Made by a program: the position numbers and the translations under genes. A stretch of DNA of 62,483 bases, counting the filler, from a bacterium (GTDB taxonomy: Bacteria > JALSQH01), in assembly GCA_027004335.1 (NCBI GenBank). It is 9 parts of 9 records of this genome, joined end to end, with 100 filler letters (N's around TTAATTAATTAA, not from the genome) between each part and the next. Parts side by side here need not be neighbours in the genome. Positions count along the whole stretch, not along the records: positions 48,021 to 51,672 come from JALTID010000105.1; positions 51,773 to 62,483 come from JALTID010000106.1; 7 more parts are not named here. One strand, given 5' to 3'. Numbering within the stretch: position 1 is the first letter of the stretch; each line of letters starts with the position of its first letter. Shown here piece by piece: positions 48,365-58,106 of this stretch. The notes under the pieces are model-generated. The model did no database searches. It had not been told where the DNA came from and was given only the letters and a program-made list of their open reading frames with translations.

Positions 48365-49270
48365 ATGGCTAAAGTAGAAAAGAGGAAATTTCTTGGAATT
48401 GTTTTATTTATTTTTATCATCTTCCTGATATCTCTTCCATTTTTTGCTGGCAGTGGGGGAAGGAGTTTTAGGGGGTCAAGCAATAAAGTCGGAGTCATCA
48501 GGATTTCCGGGATAATAGTTTCTTCAAATCCATATGTGAAGAGAATAAGAAAATTTGCAAAGGAAAGATATATTAAGGCTATCCTCATAAGAGTAAACTC
48601 CCCCGGTGGAGCTGTGGCTCCTTCCCAGGAAATTTACAGGGAGATCCTGAAGGCGAAGAAGAAAAAGTTAGTAGTTGTTTCAATGGGAAGTGTTGCCGCA
48701 TCAGGTGCATATTACATTTCATCTGGAGCATCATACATCTTTGCTAATCCCGGAACTCTTACAGGAAGTATCGGGGTTATAATGGAATATATGAATATGA
48801 AAAACCTGATGTCGTGGATGAAATTAAAACCCGTGGTTATCAAAAGCGGAAAATTTAAAGATACAGGTTCTCCTTACAGAAATCTTGCACCCCAGGAGAG
48901 AAAATACCTTCATGGTTTGATCATGAATGTTTATGCACAGTTTGTAACAGATGTGTATGAAGCCAGAAAGGAGAAAGGACTCAAGTTCTCTATGCTCAGG
49001 AAAATCGCAGATGGGAGAGTTTTTTCGGGAGAAGAAGCTTTAAAATATCATCTTGTGGATAATATAGGTGATTTCTATGATGCCGTTGATTTTATAAAAA
49101 AAGAGACAAATATGAAAGGGGAGCCCCAGCTGATATATGTTAGGAGAAAAAGATCATTTCTTTCAGATTTGCTTGATAATTTAACCAGAGTAATTATTGG
49201 GGAAAGCCATGAGGGTTTTAGGGAGAGTTTCTTTAATCAGGGTTATAACCTTCTTTATCTGTGGAGATGA
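48365..49270 (+). CDS. sppA: Signal peptide peptidase SppA (36K type)
   Basis: NSPGG, SMGSVAASGAYY, TGSIGV, KSGKFKD, DGRVFSG. Confidence 0.95.
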   Translation: MAKVEKRKFLGIVLFIFIIFLISLPFFAGSGGRSFRGSSNKVGVIRISGIIVSSNPYVKRIRKFAKERYIKAILIRVNSPGGAVAPSQEIYREILKAKKKKLVVVSMGSVAASGAYYISSGASYIFANPGTLTGSIGVIMEYMNMKNLMSWMKLKPVVIKSGKFKDTGSPYRNLAPQERKYLHGLIMNVYAQFVTDVYEARKEKGLKFSMLRKIADGRVFSGEEALKYHLVDNIGDFYDAVDFIKKETNMKGEPQLIYVRRKRSFLSDLLDNLTRVIIGESHEGFRESFFNQGYNLLYLWR

Positions 49271-49273
49271 AAA

Positions 49274-49765
49274 ATGGATAGATTGTGGGCACCATGGAGA
49301 ATGGAATATATAGATAAGGTGAATGAACCCAAGAAATGCATATTCTGTGTGGATAATAGTATTTCTGAAGAGGAGATGTTTGAAAGGTTGATCCTGGTGG
49401 TGAGGAAGGATTATGTGGTTCTCATGAACAAGTTCCCCTACAACACGGGTCATCTTCTTGTCGCACCCAGAAAGCATGTAGGAGATTTCCTCCAGTTAAC
49501 GCCAGAAGAAGGTAAAATGCTTTTTGAGGGTACCCAGAGGGCGATTGAGGTACTTGCAGAGGTTATGAAACCCCACGGGTTCAATGTAGGGTTGAATATT
49601 GGCAGAGTTGCCGGGGCTGGTATTGCTGAGCATCTGCATGTTCATATTGTCCCCCGATGGAATGGTGATACCAATTTTATGCCTGTGGTGGGAGATACAA
49701 AGGTGATGCCCCAGCTTTTAAAAGAGCTTTATCCTAAGTTAAAGAAGGCTTTTGAAAAACTTTGA
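49274..49765 (+). CDS. HIT-family hydrolase (Ap4A phosphorylase-like)
   Basis: LWAPWR, CIFC, NKFPYNTGH, HLHVHIVPRW.GD.NF. Confidence 0.93.
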   Translation: MDRLWAPWRMEYIDKVNEPKKCIFCVDNSISEEEMFERLILVVRKDYVVLMNKFPYNTGHLLVAPRKHVGDFLQLTPEEGKMLFEGTQRAIEVLAEVMKPHGFNVGLNIGRVAGAGIAEHLHVHIVPRWNGDTNFMPVVGDTKVMPQLLKELYPKLKKAFEKL

Positions 49766-50929
49766 TGATTGCTCTTATTCTTTCTTTTCTTTTTTTGCTC
49801 TTGATTTTTTTAATTATCTTAATTAGAAAGGAGCATAAGGCAAGAACAGGAATAAACAAGAGCTTGGTAAGAAGTATAGATTATGCTCTTGCTGATGATC
49901 TTGATAGAGCAATTGAAGAGATGCTGAAAATAATCAAGAGACATAAAGAACTTGCGGAACCTTATATCAGTCTCGGGAATCTTTACAGAGCAAAAGGGGA
50001 ATTAGAAAGAGCAATTCAGATACATAGCGAGGTGGCAAAAGATGAGAAGACCCCCCCTGAGTTGAAGAAAGAAGCTTATTTTTTCCTCGGGATTGACTAT
50101 AGTAAGACTGGTTTCTATGATAGGGCAGCAAGAATATTTCAGGAGCTAAGCGCAGAGAAGCCATATGATGTAAGATCTCTGGAAGAGTTAGAGAAAATAT
50201 ATGTTGAGCTTCACGACTGGGAGGGAGCAATAAGAACCAGGATGAAATTGATGGAGATAAAGGGGGATGTTGAAACACTGCGTGAAAGTAACACATTGCT
50301 GGCCCACTATATTAATGAAAAAGGGAAAGAACTCTTAAATTCTGGCAAGTTAGATGAAGCGGAAAAGATGGTTGAAGGTGCCATGGAGAGATCACCTACA
50401 ATGGTTGATGGAGTAATTACTNNNNNNNNNNGAGATACTATTGAAGAAAGGAGAGAGAGAAAAAGTTTTTTCACTTCTTGAAAATTCATTGAGTATTTCC
50501 AGTGAGTATCAATTTCTTATTCTGGATAAGATGGAGAAGATTTTTTCCAGTGCCGGGGATTATGAGAAGTATGGTGAGATGTTAAAAAAGAGGCTAGAGG
50601 AGAATGATTATTCTCCTCAGATCTATCTTGCCTACTGTAAGTTCCTTAGAAAAACAGGAAAAAAAGATGAAGCAGTTATAAAACTCAAGGAATTTCTTGC
50701 TCGATTTCCCGAACAACCTCAGGCTATGATGTTATTAGGGGATATTTTTTTAGAAGAGGAACATATTGATGAAGCAGTTGAATTTTATAGAAAACTTTCA
50801 AGAAGAGGAGTTAATACTAAAAAACCCTTTGTCTGCACAAATTGTGGCTATAGAGTGGATGAAATGGTATGGAGATGCCCTAAGTGTGGTAAATGGGATA
50901 GCGTGAAATACATGCCTGAGATTGAATGA
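49762..50929 (+). CDS. LapB (YciM)-like TPR protein with C-terminal rubredoxin-like Zn domain; split in the ORF track only by a 10-N gap
   Basis: N-terminal TM; LGNLYRAKGELERAIQIH, LGIDY..TG..DRA; C-terminal CTNCG.....W.CPKC..W. Confidence 0.85.
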
Positions 50930-51655
50930 TTACTCTGTTTCCCTTTTCTTGCCAAACACTGCTGCAATGATTACACTAACCTCATAGAGTATCCATAGAG
51001 GCACAGCCATGAGTACCTGGCTCATAACATCAGGGGGAGTGAGAATTGCACTCACTGTGAAGATTACGACGATCGCGTATTTTCTCCACCTGACCAGTGT
51101 TTTTTTTGTTATTATTCCTATTCTTGCCAGAAAGAGAGTTATCAGAGGTAACTCAAAAATTATCCCGAATGCTATCAGCATCTGAACTGCGAAGGAGAAA
51201 AATTTTGCCATGGAGATGGAGGGAACAATTTCTGAAGTTGCAAAGCTTATGAAGAATCTGAATGCGAATGGAAATACGATAAAATATCCAAAAAAAGCTC
51301 CTCCCACAAAGAAAAATGTGGCAAAAAAAACAAATGGGATAACATATTTTTTTTCATTGGGATATAAGCCCGGTGATATGAATTTCCAGATCTCCCAGAA
51401 CCACACAGGAGATGATAGGAATAATCCGGAAACCAGCGAAGCTTTGAGGTAAGTAACAAAGGGTTCTGTTAATGTGAGGAATACCATTTTCCCATTTTTA
51501 GGTGGCATAACTTTTAAAAGAGGGTCCATCAGAACCCAGAAGATATCCTCGGAGAAGTGGTAGCTTACAAGAAATCCGATAGTTATTGCAATAAAACAGT
51601 TTATTAAACATTTCCTCAGGTCCTGCAGATGTTCAGTAAGAGTCATTTCCCCCAT
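50930..51655 (-). CDS. tatC: Twin-arginine translocase subunit TatC
   Basis: MTLTEHLQDLR, EPF..YLK, WKFISPGLY..EK, FELP, TPPD..SQ. Confidence 0.97.
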   Translation of the reverse strand: MGEMTLTEHLQDLRKCLINCFIAITIGFLVSYHFSEDIFWVLMDPLLKVMPPKNGKMVFLTLTEPFVTYLKASLVSGLFLSSPVWFWEIWKFISPGLYPNEKKYVIPFVFFATFFFVGGAFFGYFIVFPFAFRFFISFATSEIVPSISMAKFFSFAVQMLIAFGIIFELPLITLFLARIGIITKKTLVRWRKYAIVVIFTVSAILTPPDVMSQVLMAVPLWILYEVSVIIAAVFGKKRETE

Positions 51656-51672
51656 GTTATCAGCTGGAGGTG

Positions 51673-51772
51673 NNNNNNNNNNNNNNNNNNNNNNNNNNNN
51701 NNNNNNNNNNNNNNNNTTAATTAATTAANNNNNNNNNNNNNNNNNNNNNNNNNNNNNNNNNNNNNNNNNNNN
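51673..51772. other. Artificial contig spacer
   Basis: 44 N + TTAATTAATTAA + 44 N. Confidence 0.99.
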
Positions 51773-51774
51773 AC

Positions 51775-51942
51775 TCTTCAGTAAACTATCTTCCAGAATC
51801 TGCAAGAATTCTTTTTGTTTCAAATATGAATACAGGAATCAGGGCAAAAGAGGTTTATTCAATGGATGAAGTCGGAGGTCATGTTGCACGGATTACTGAT
51901 TCCAGTTATCACCACAGAATTGTAAATATTGACAGGAGGTAA
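51775..51942 (+). CDS. TolB-like propeller fragment (5' truncated)
   Basis: RILFVSN...EVYSMDEVGGHVARIT resembles a TolB-like blade. Confidence 0.4.
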   Translation, partial: SSVNYLPESARILFVSNMNTGIRAKEVYSMDEVGGHVARITDSSYHHRIVNIDRR

Positions 51943-51945
51943 GTC

Positions 51946-53199
51946 ATGTTAGAAGTTTTTATGACAGAGGAGAGAAAAAAACTTAAACAGGAGTTGGAAG
52001 AGCTTGTGAAGAGCATCCCCAGACAGCTAATCATTGATATGGACGAGGATAAGGTTGAGTTCCCCAGAGAATTTGTTGAGGAGGCGGGGAAAAGGAATCT
52101 TTTGGGTATAAGATTTCCTCCGGAGTGGGGAGGGAGAGGCCTTGGCTGGGTTGATGAGGTAATGGCAGCAGGTATTATCGGTGAATTGAATGTGGGACTG
52201 GCCTGCCTCTATTCCATGGTTTCAATTGTTGGTGAGGCTTTAAATCTATTTGGTACAGATGAACAGAAGGAGAAGTATCTCAGGCCCCTGATAAAAGGGG
52301 AAATGTGGGCAGGAGAAGCACTTACAGAACCCAGAGGAGGTTCAGATTTTTTTGGTGCCACTACAAGAGCGGAGAAGAAAGGTGATTACTACATTCTGAA
52401 TGGTCAGAAAAGGTTCATTGTAGGAGGGCAGGGTGCTGATTTCTTTCTCATTTATGCTGTTACAAACCCTTCTGGTGGCCCTCATGATAGGTTAAGTGCT
52501 TTTATCGTTGAGAGAGATATGGGTGTTACAGTCAAGCATGTTTATGGCCTGATGGGTGTCAGGGGTACAGGAACTGCGAGAATCTACTTCAAAGATGTAA
52601 AAGTCCCGGAAAAGAATTTATTGGGGAATTTAAATGAAGGTTCAAAGATCTTTTATAAAATGATGGTCCCGGAGAGAATCCTCTCAGGTGGTGTGGCTGG
52701 TACAAGAGCTATTCTTGATGTTGCTGCTAAATATGCCGATAGGAGGAAAGCGTTCGGATTCAAGATAAGAAATTTTGAGGCGGTAAATTTCAGGATTGCA
52801 GAAAGCTTAACAAAGCTTGATGCAGTGAGTGCCTTTGCCTATGCTGTGGCAAAAACCATAGATGATGGAGTTGGTACTCCGGGATATCACAGGAGACTTG
52901 TATCGGAATTGAAAGTCCTTGCCACTCAAACATACTGGGAAGTTGTAAACTCTGCAATGGAGATAATGGGTGGAATCGGATACACCAATGTTTATCCTGT
53001 TGAGAGAGCTGTGAGGGAGGCAAGACTACCTATGATCTGGACAGGTACAAATGATATTATGAAACTCATTATTCAGCATGAATATTATAAGGAACTCTTA
53101 TCAAGGAAAAGCGAAGCAAGAAATATTGAGATGGATATTCCCCTCAGTGAAGAAGAGGCTGCTGAGGAAAGAGTGTTCTCTGATGAGGATCAAAAATAG
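51946..53199 (+). CDS. Acyl-CoA dehydrogenase
   Basis: [39 protein letters not shown]. Confidence 0.95.
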   Translation: MLEVFMTEERKKLKQELEELVKSIPRQLIIDMDEDKVEFPREFVEEAGKRNLLGIRFPPEWGGRGLGWVDEVMAAGIIGELNVGLACLYSMVSIVGEALNLFGTDEQKEKYLRPLIKGEMWAGEALTEPRGGSDFFGATTRAEKKGDYYILNGQKRFIVGGQGADFFLIYAVTNPSGGPHDRLSAFIVERDMGVTVKHVYGLMGVRGTGTARIYFKDVKVPEKNLLGNLNEGSKIFYKMMVPERILSGGVAGTRAILDVAAKYADRRKAFGFKIRNFEAVNFRIAESLTKLDAVSAFAYAVAKTIDDGVGTPGYHRRLVSELKVLATQTYWEVVNSAMEIMGGIGYTNVYPVERAVREARLPMIWTGTNDIMKLIIQHEYYKELLSRKSEARNIEMDIPLSEEEAAEERVFSDEDQK

Positions 53200-53216
53200 G
53201 ATAATGATTTTTATCT

Positions 53217-53244
53217 GTAGGGGCCCACGACTGTGGGCCCCTAC
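53217..53244. repeat. GTAG-type REP-like palindrome, possible bidirectional terminator
   Basis: Perfect 12-bp stem GTAGGGGCCCAC-GACT-GTGGGCCCCTAC between convergent genes. Confidence 0.7.
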
Positions 53245-53915
53245 TCTGGTTTGATAGGTTCAGTTTTTTTTAGTTCAGCTGGTTCTGAAGGAGGAGTTTC
53301 TTCTGTTTGCTTTCTCAGTTTCCTGTAGACACATGCAAAACCCATGAGACTCATGGGATATGTAATCAGGATCCCGATTCCGAAAAATAGAAGTCCGAGG
53401 AAATTCAGGAAGATATATAGGAGATCAAGCCACAGAAGCTGGTTTCTTACACCCATGGTTATTTTTCCGCTTTTTTTTATTGATTGCCATGCGCCACTGC
53501 TATTATCCATCACTACATAAGGGAAAAGCTGGTATGCAACCCCCCATATAATTGCAGGTATTACCAGAAGGATTGTTCCGGCAAAAAGAATCAAAGAGTA
53601 GTATGATAACGCCACAGTGTAGTCCCAGAAAACCTTTGTACCAGGAAAAAGATCTGATAGTAAAGCAGGTTGATTATCGCAGATTTTAAGGGAAATTTTT
53701 ATCATGCCTGCATAGACCATGATGGTGAGAAGAGCAGATACAATGTAAATGAGAGCTCCAGCCGCCGGGTTGACTATTGCAATGCTTTCACCAATTGAAG
53801 ATCCAGCTACTGATAGAAAATAGAAAATTATAGTTACACCGATCAGGACCCCAATATTGCTTTTTGTCTTGTCCCAGCTGATTTTTAAGATTTCTTCGAT
53901 GGATAGTTTCGTCAT
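53241..53915 (-). CDS. Integral membrane protein (DUF975-like)
   Basis: 4-5 TM helices; LLVIPAIIW....L.PYV.MD......SIKKS...T.G pattern. Confidence 0.75.
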   Translation of the reverse strand: MTKLSIEEILKISWDKTKSNIGVLIGVTIIFYFLSVAGSSIGESIAIVNPAAGALIYIVSALLTIMVYAGMIKISLKICDNQPALLSDLFPGTKVFWDYTVALSYYSLILFAGTILLVIPAIIWGVAYQLFPYVVMDNSSGAWQSIKKSGKITMGVRNQLLWLDLLYIFLNFLGLLFFGIGILITYPMSLMGFACVYRKLRKQTEETPPSEPAELKKTEPIKPE

Positions 53916-54029
53916 GTATAAACTCTTTTAGCTAACATTCTATTCGTTTGTTATGATACAGTCAACTTAAGAAATTAGGAAATTAGTTAACTTGCTAACA
54001 CAATTTTGTTTCATATAATCATCTACCTT

Positions 54030-54313
54030 ATGCATAGTGACAGAAAGTTAATTGAAATGGGAATATAGCTCTGAGGGATTTAGTGAGGGTTGAGATATTG
54101 AAGTATGTGTCTAAGTCCCCCAAAAATATTGCTGATATCACAGGTAAATTTAAATTAAGTATTCCTGCAGCTTCTTCTCATTTAAAAATCTTGTAGGAAG
54201 CAGGATTTGTTAANNNNNNNNNNGTAAATTATTATTCTCTTGATAAAGATAAATTTGGAAAATTCCAAAGTATGGTGAGGAATTTTGTTTTTAACCAGGA
54301 AAATGGAGGCTGA
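54030..54313 (+). pseudogene. ArsR/SmtB-family regulator pseudogene
   Basis: ALRDLVRVEILK...SIPAASSHLKIL*EAGFV...NYYSLD; frameshift near 54065 and in-frame TAG at 54194-54196; spans a 10-N gap. Confidence 0.75.
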
Positions 54314-54315
54314 AA

Positions 54316-55059
54316 ATGCATGCAGGTGTGCTTGCTGAGATCGGGCTAATTTCATTTATTACTTCATTTACTTTTGTTCTTGGTGGGCTTGGTTCTGCTG
54401 TGGCTCTGATCCCGGTTCTTGTTTTTTTCGGGGTTCCTTTTCCCGTTGCCAGATCTTCTGGATTATTTGTTAACGTACTTTCTACGGCTTCAGCATCCTA
54501 TTACAATGTTAAAAACAGATTGATAAATTTTAAATTTGGGGTTCCTCTGGTAGTGTTTGCCTTCCTTGCTGCTCCTGTGGGGGCCTATATTTCTAAATTC
54601 ATTCCAGAAAGAATAGTTGGACTATTCTTTGGCATTTTTCTTCTCTTTGCCGGGGTAATGGCTGTTATACCCAAGAGAAGATTAAGATATAAAGATCATA
54701 TGGGGATCCTTGCTCCTATTCTTGTGGGGAGTGCAGGTGGTTTGATCTCAGGTCTTTTAGGTGTTGGAGGAGGTGGATTTATGTCCCCAGTGTTGTTTTT
54801 GATGGGATACAATCCCATTGATGTGGCTTTTACTGTGGCTTTTACTGTTCCTTTTTCATCCTTTGCTGGATTCATGGTTTATTGGAAGATGGGTGCCGTA
54901 AATTATACCCTCCTCCTCTATGCTGCCATCCCTGCCATTCTTGGTGGATACGCAGGAAATGCATTTGTCCATAAAAAGCTAAACGAGAGACAGGTTAAAA
55001 TTGTCCTGGGGATGATTTTTATCCTTCTAGGGGTGAAGATTTTTTTTAAGTACTGGTGA
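54316..55059 (+). CDS. Sulfite exporter TauE/SafE (TSUP) family protein
   Basis: GGLGSA..LIP and SGLLGVGGGG..SP repeats; about 8 TM helices. Confidence 0.9.
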   Translation: MHAGVLAEIGLISFITSFTFVLGGLGSAVALIPVLVFFGVPFPVARSSGLFVNVLSTASASYYNVKNRLINFKFGVPLVVFAFLAAPVGAYISKFIPERIVGLFFGIFLLFAGVMAVIPKRRLRYKDHMGILAPILVGSAGGLISGLLGVGGGGFMSPVLFLMGYNPIDVAFTVAFTVPFSSFAGFMVYWKMGAVNYTLLLYAAIPAILGGYAGNAFVHKKLNERQVKIVLGMIFILLGVKIFFKYW

Positions 55060-55680
55060 CCACTTGAGAGTTACGATGGTATAATAAACTTTACTGCGAT
55101 TGTTTTCGTCGTAACCCTGCCATGCCACTATCAGCTTGTTTTTACTCATAAATCTTACAACAGAATGATATATCTGAGTATATTGTGGGATCTTCTTAAT
55201 GTTGAGAGAATCCGGGTCTGCTCCAGTTGTCAGATATATCCTTCTTTCTCCCTCCCTCAAATTTTCCCATCAGGGGAAATATCCAGAGAAGGTTTATAAG
55301 ATGAATTCTCGTCCACCACAATTGATTTCTGGGACACCGTCAAATATTGAAATTCTTACCTCGAGATGGTAAAGGGATTTCTGAAAACATCCTTGTTTCA
55401 AATGCTTTTCTTCTCTTGGCTCGCCATGTAATGAGCCTCCTCATCTCGTTGAATTTGACAGGGTAAACAAGAGAGTAACTTCAAGTGTCGCGGATAGAGT
55501 CTCAATTGTTGACCTGCCTTCTTTAAATGTAAATTCAGTGGTTTTGCCTTATCCCTGGATTGCGGGAAAGGGTAGTACGGGGGTGTGGGTGGATGGTAAG
55601 GGGGACATTTGGGTAATAGCTATGGATAAGACCTTATTAGGGAAAGTTAGTTACAAAGATGCTAACCAGGTAGTGTAATA
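55060..55680. pseudogene. Back-to-back decayed fragments of beta-propeller-type proteins
   Basis: Minus strand PSLDISPDGKI / LIVAWQGYD...VYYT; plus strand VSIVDL...VWVDGKGDIWV; interrupted by frameshifts and stops. Confidence 0.45.
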
Positions 55681-55877
55681 CTAATAAGATTGAGGTATGG
55701 TGTCCTGAGAATATATAAAGAGAGAACAGGATACTCTCAAGAATTGATTGGTATGTTAAAGTAGAAGTCAACAGAGGTGGTAGGTTAGCAACAGGTTGAA
55801 ATGATTAAAAATCTATTTTTAAGGGGGGAGGTGGCCATGCAGAAATATTGCAGATTTTCGTGAAATAAGTCTTGATT

Positions 55878-55971
55878 TCCACGGTAGTGCAATCGGCAGA
55901 GCGGCTCTGACCCGAAGCTGCAGCATCGGGTTGGGATAGGCTGCAGGTTCGAGTCCTACGCTGCAGAGCCA
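55878..55971 (+). pseudogene. Degenerate tRNA-like element (tRNA-Asn-like ends)
   Basis: 5' TCCACGGTAGTGCAATCGGCAGAGC, T-arm GCAGG-TTCGAGT-CCTAC, 3' GAGCCA; anticodon arm replaced by a palindrome. Confidence 0.6.
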
Positions 55972-56116
55972 TTTTTCATACCAATATGTTACATTCCAGC
56001 TTTGTTCAATTTCAGAAAATTAATGCACCTACTGAAAGTATACACTACCTTTTTCCTCGTTTTTTTTCATTATTCTCCTTTTTGTGTAAAATAAATTAGT
56101 TAATGGAGGTAAAATT

Positions 56117-56932
56117 ATGAAATATTTTAGAGGTACCAGCGACTATCTTGTAACTCCCGGTCTTATGGAAGCAGTAAACGCTGCAATAATACTTGGAAGG
56201 CCACTTCTGGTAAAAGGAGAACCGGGCACAGGTAAAACAATGTTAGCATACAAGATTGCTGAAGCACTAAATAAAAAAATAATTGTATGGAATATTAAGT
56301 CAACTACAGTGGCGCAGGAGGGACTGTATGTTTACGACACTGTTCAAAGATTAAATGATGCAAGATTTGGTGATAGAGACATATCTGATATAAGACAATA
56401 CATAAAACTTGGGCCTCTGGGGCAGGCTCTTGCCTCCGAGGAACAGGTGGTTCTCTTAATAGATGAAATTGATAAGGCTGAATTAGAATTCCCCAATGAT
56501 CTCCTCCATGAACTTGATCAGATGGATTTTTATATCCCGGAAACAAGAGAATGGATAAAGGCAAAACATAGACCTATTGTGGTAATAACCTCCAACAGTG
56601 AAAAGGAACTCCCAGAGGCTTTTCTCAGAAGATGTATCTTTCACTATATTGAATTTCCAGATCCCGAGATGATGAAAAAAATTGTGGAGGTTCACTATCC
56701 AGGATTAAGCGAGAAACTTGTCAGTACAGCAGTCAAGAGATTTTATGAAATTAGAAATCTCCGGGAATTGAGAAAAAAACCCTCCACCAGCGAACTGCTT
56801 GACTGGATTAAAGTACTTGTTGATGAAAGAATAAACGAAAAAGAGATTGCAGAGGGACTTCCATTTTTAGGGGTCTTACTTAAAAAAACAAAAGATGTAG
56901 AAGTGGCAAGGAGAAGACTATCCAGTGTTTGA
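56117..56932 (+). CDS. MoxR-family AAA+ ATPase
   Basis: RPLLVKGEPGTGKT, LLIDEIDKA..EFPNDLL, TSNSEKELP.AFLRRC, KKPSTSELLDW. Confidence 0.93.
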   Translation: MKYFRGTSDYLVTPGLMEAVNAAIILGRPLLVKGEPGTGKTMLAYKIAEALNKKIIVWNIKSTTVAQEGLYVYDTVQRLNDARFGDRDISDIRQYIKLGPLGQALASEEQVVLLIDEIDKAELEFPNDLLHELDQMDFYIPETREWIKAKHRPIVVITSNSEKELPEAFLRRCIFHYIEFPDPEMMKKIVEVHYPGLSEKLVSTAVKRFYEIRNLRELRKKPSTSELLDWIKVLVDERINEKEIAEGLPFLGVLLKKTKDVEVARRRLSSV

Positions 56933-58106
56933 AAAATTCTTCTTTAATCTGCGAGAAAAGGGGATAAATGTATCTCTCACCGAGTGGATGACCCTCCATA
57001 AGGCGCTTGATGAGGGATTAATTGATAATTTTACATCCTTTTACTATCTTTCCAGAAGTATTTTGGTAAAACATGAAGAGGATTTTGATAAATTTGATAA
57101 GGCATTTATAGAAACCTTTACAGGAAAAGAAGTAATCACTCTTGAACAGATGAGGGAACTCTTTGAACAATACCCCTTTGAGCATATCGAAAAAATCTTA
57201 GCTCTTAAAAGGGGAGAGTATGATTATGACCTTGAAGAGCTTATAAAAAAATTTAAAGAGCAGTTAGAAAAAGAAGATAGTCAGCCCCATGTAGGGGGAA
57301 ACAGACATATTGGCACAGAGGGTACAAGTCCCTGGGGAGAAGATGGTTTTGCAAATTTAGGGATCAGCTTCAGCGATTATCACAACACAGGTAGCGCAAT
57401 TCAGATCGCAAGGATGAGAAAATATAGAAACTACTCTCCGGATAAAACCATGGATATCAGACAATTACAGGTGGCAATTTCAAGACTCAAGATGTTGATT
57501 CCGGAAGGACCTGAGGAGGAGCTTGATCTGGATAGTACAGTAAGAAAGAGCAGCGAAAATGGTGGTGATATTGAGCTTGTTTTTAGGAAAAAGAAGAGAA
57601 ACAGGGTAAGACTTCTCCTTCTTATGGATGCAGGTGGTTCCATGGATCCCTATGCTCATCTTGTTAATCTCCTATTTTCCGCCATAAAATCAAGAATCAG
57701 GGATCTTAAATTTTACTATTTCCACAACTGCATCTATGAAGAAATTTACGAAGATATTGAAAACAGGATCCCCCTTAAGACAGAGGAACTTATAAAAAAA
57801 TACTCTGAAGAGAATTACCACCTGATAATTGTTGGTGATGCAGCAATGGCTCCATCGGAACTTATGAATTTAGGAGGTGCCATTGAATACTGGTACTACA
57901 ACAGGAAACCATGTAAATACTACCTTGAAGAATTTAGAAAAAATTTCCCCTCCTCTGTATGGATAAACCCTGAGAATCCGAAGGTATGGGACAAAATCTG
58001 GACAACTGCAATAATCTGGGGAATCTTCCCCATGTTTCATCTATCAGTAGAAGGAGTTGAGGAAGCTGTAAAATACCTTATTAAAAAACAGGGAGTGAAG
58101 AGATGA
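56925..58106 (+). CDS. VWA-domain (CoxE-like) partner of MoxR
   Basis: MIDAS DAGGSM, YFHNC, VGDAAMAP, WINP. Confidence 0.88.
   Translation: MFEKFFFNLREKGINVSLTEWMTLHKALDEGLIDNFTSFYYLSRSILVKHEEDFDKFDKAFIETFTGKEVITLEQMRELFEQYPFEHIEKILALKRGEYDYDLEELIKKFKEQLEKEDSQPHVGGNRHIGTEGTSPWGEDGFANLGISFSDYHNTGSAIQIARMRKYRNYSPDKTMDIRQLQVAISRLKMLIPEGPEEELDLDSTVRKSSENGGDIELVFRKKKRNRVRLLLLMDAGGSMDPYAHLVNLLFSAIKSRIRDLKFYYFHNCIYEEIYEDIENRIPLKTEELIKKYSEENYHLIIVGDAAMAPSELMNLGGAIEYWYYNRKPCKYYLEEFRKNFPSSVWINPENPKVWDKIWTTAIIWGIFPMFHLSVEGVEEAVKYLIKKQGVKR

Noticed and set aside
50422..50431. Frameshift or split of the lapB-like gene
   Set aside because: The frame change coincides with a 10-N placeholder gap of unknown true length.
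55878..55971. tRNA-Sec or tRNA-Pyl
   Set aside because: No TCA or CTA anticodon loop, and the stem geometry does not fit.
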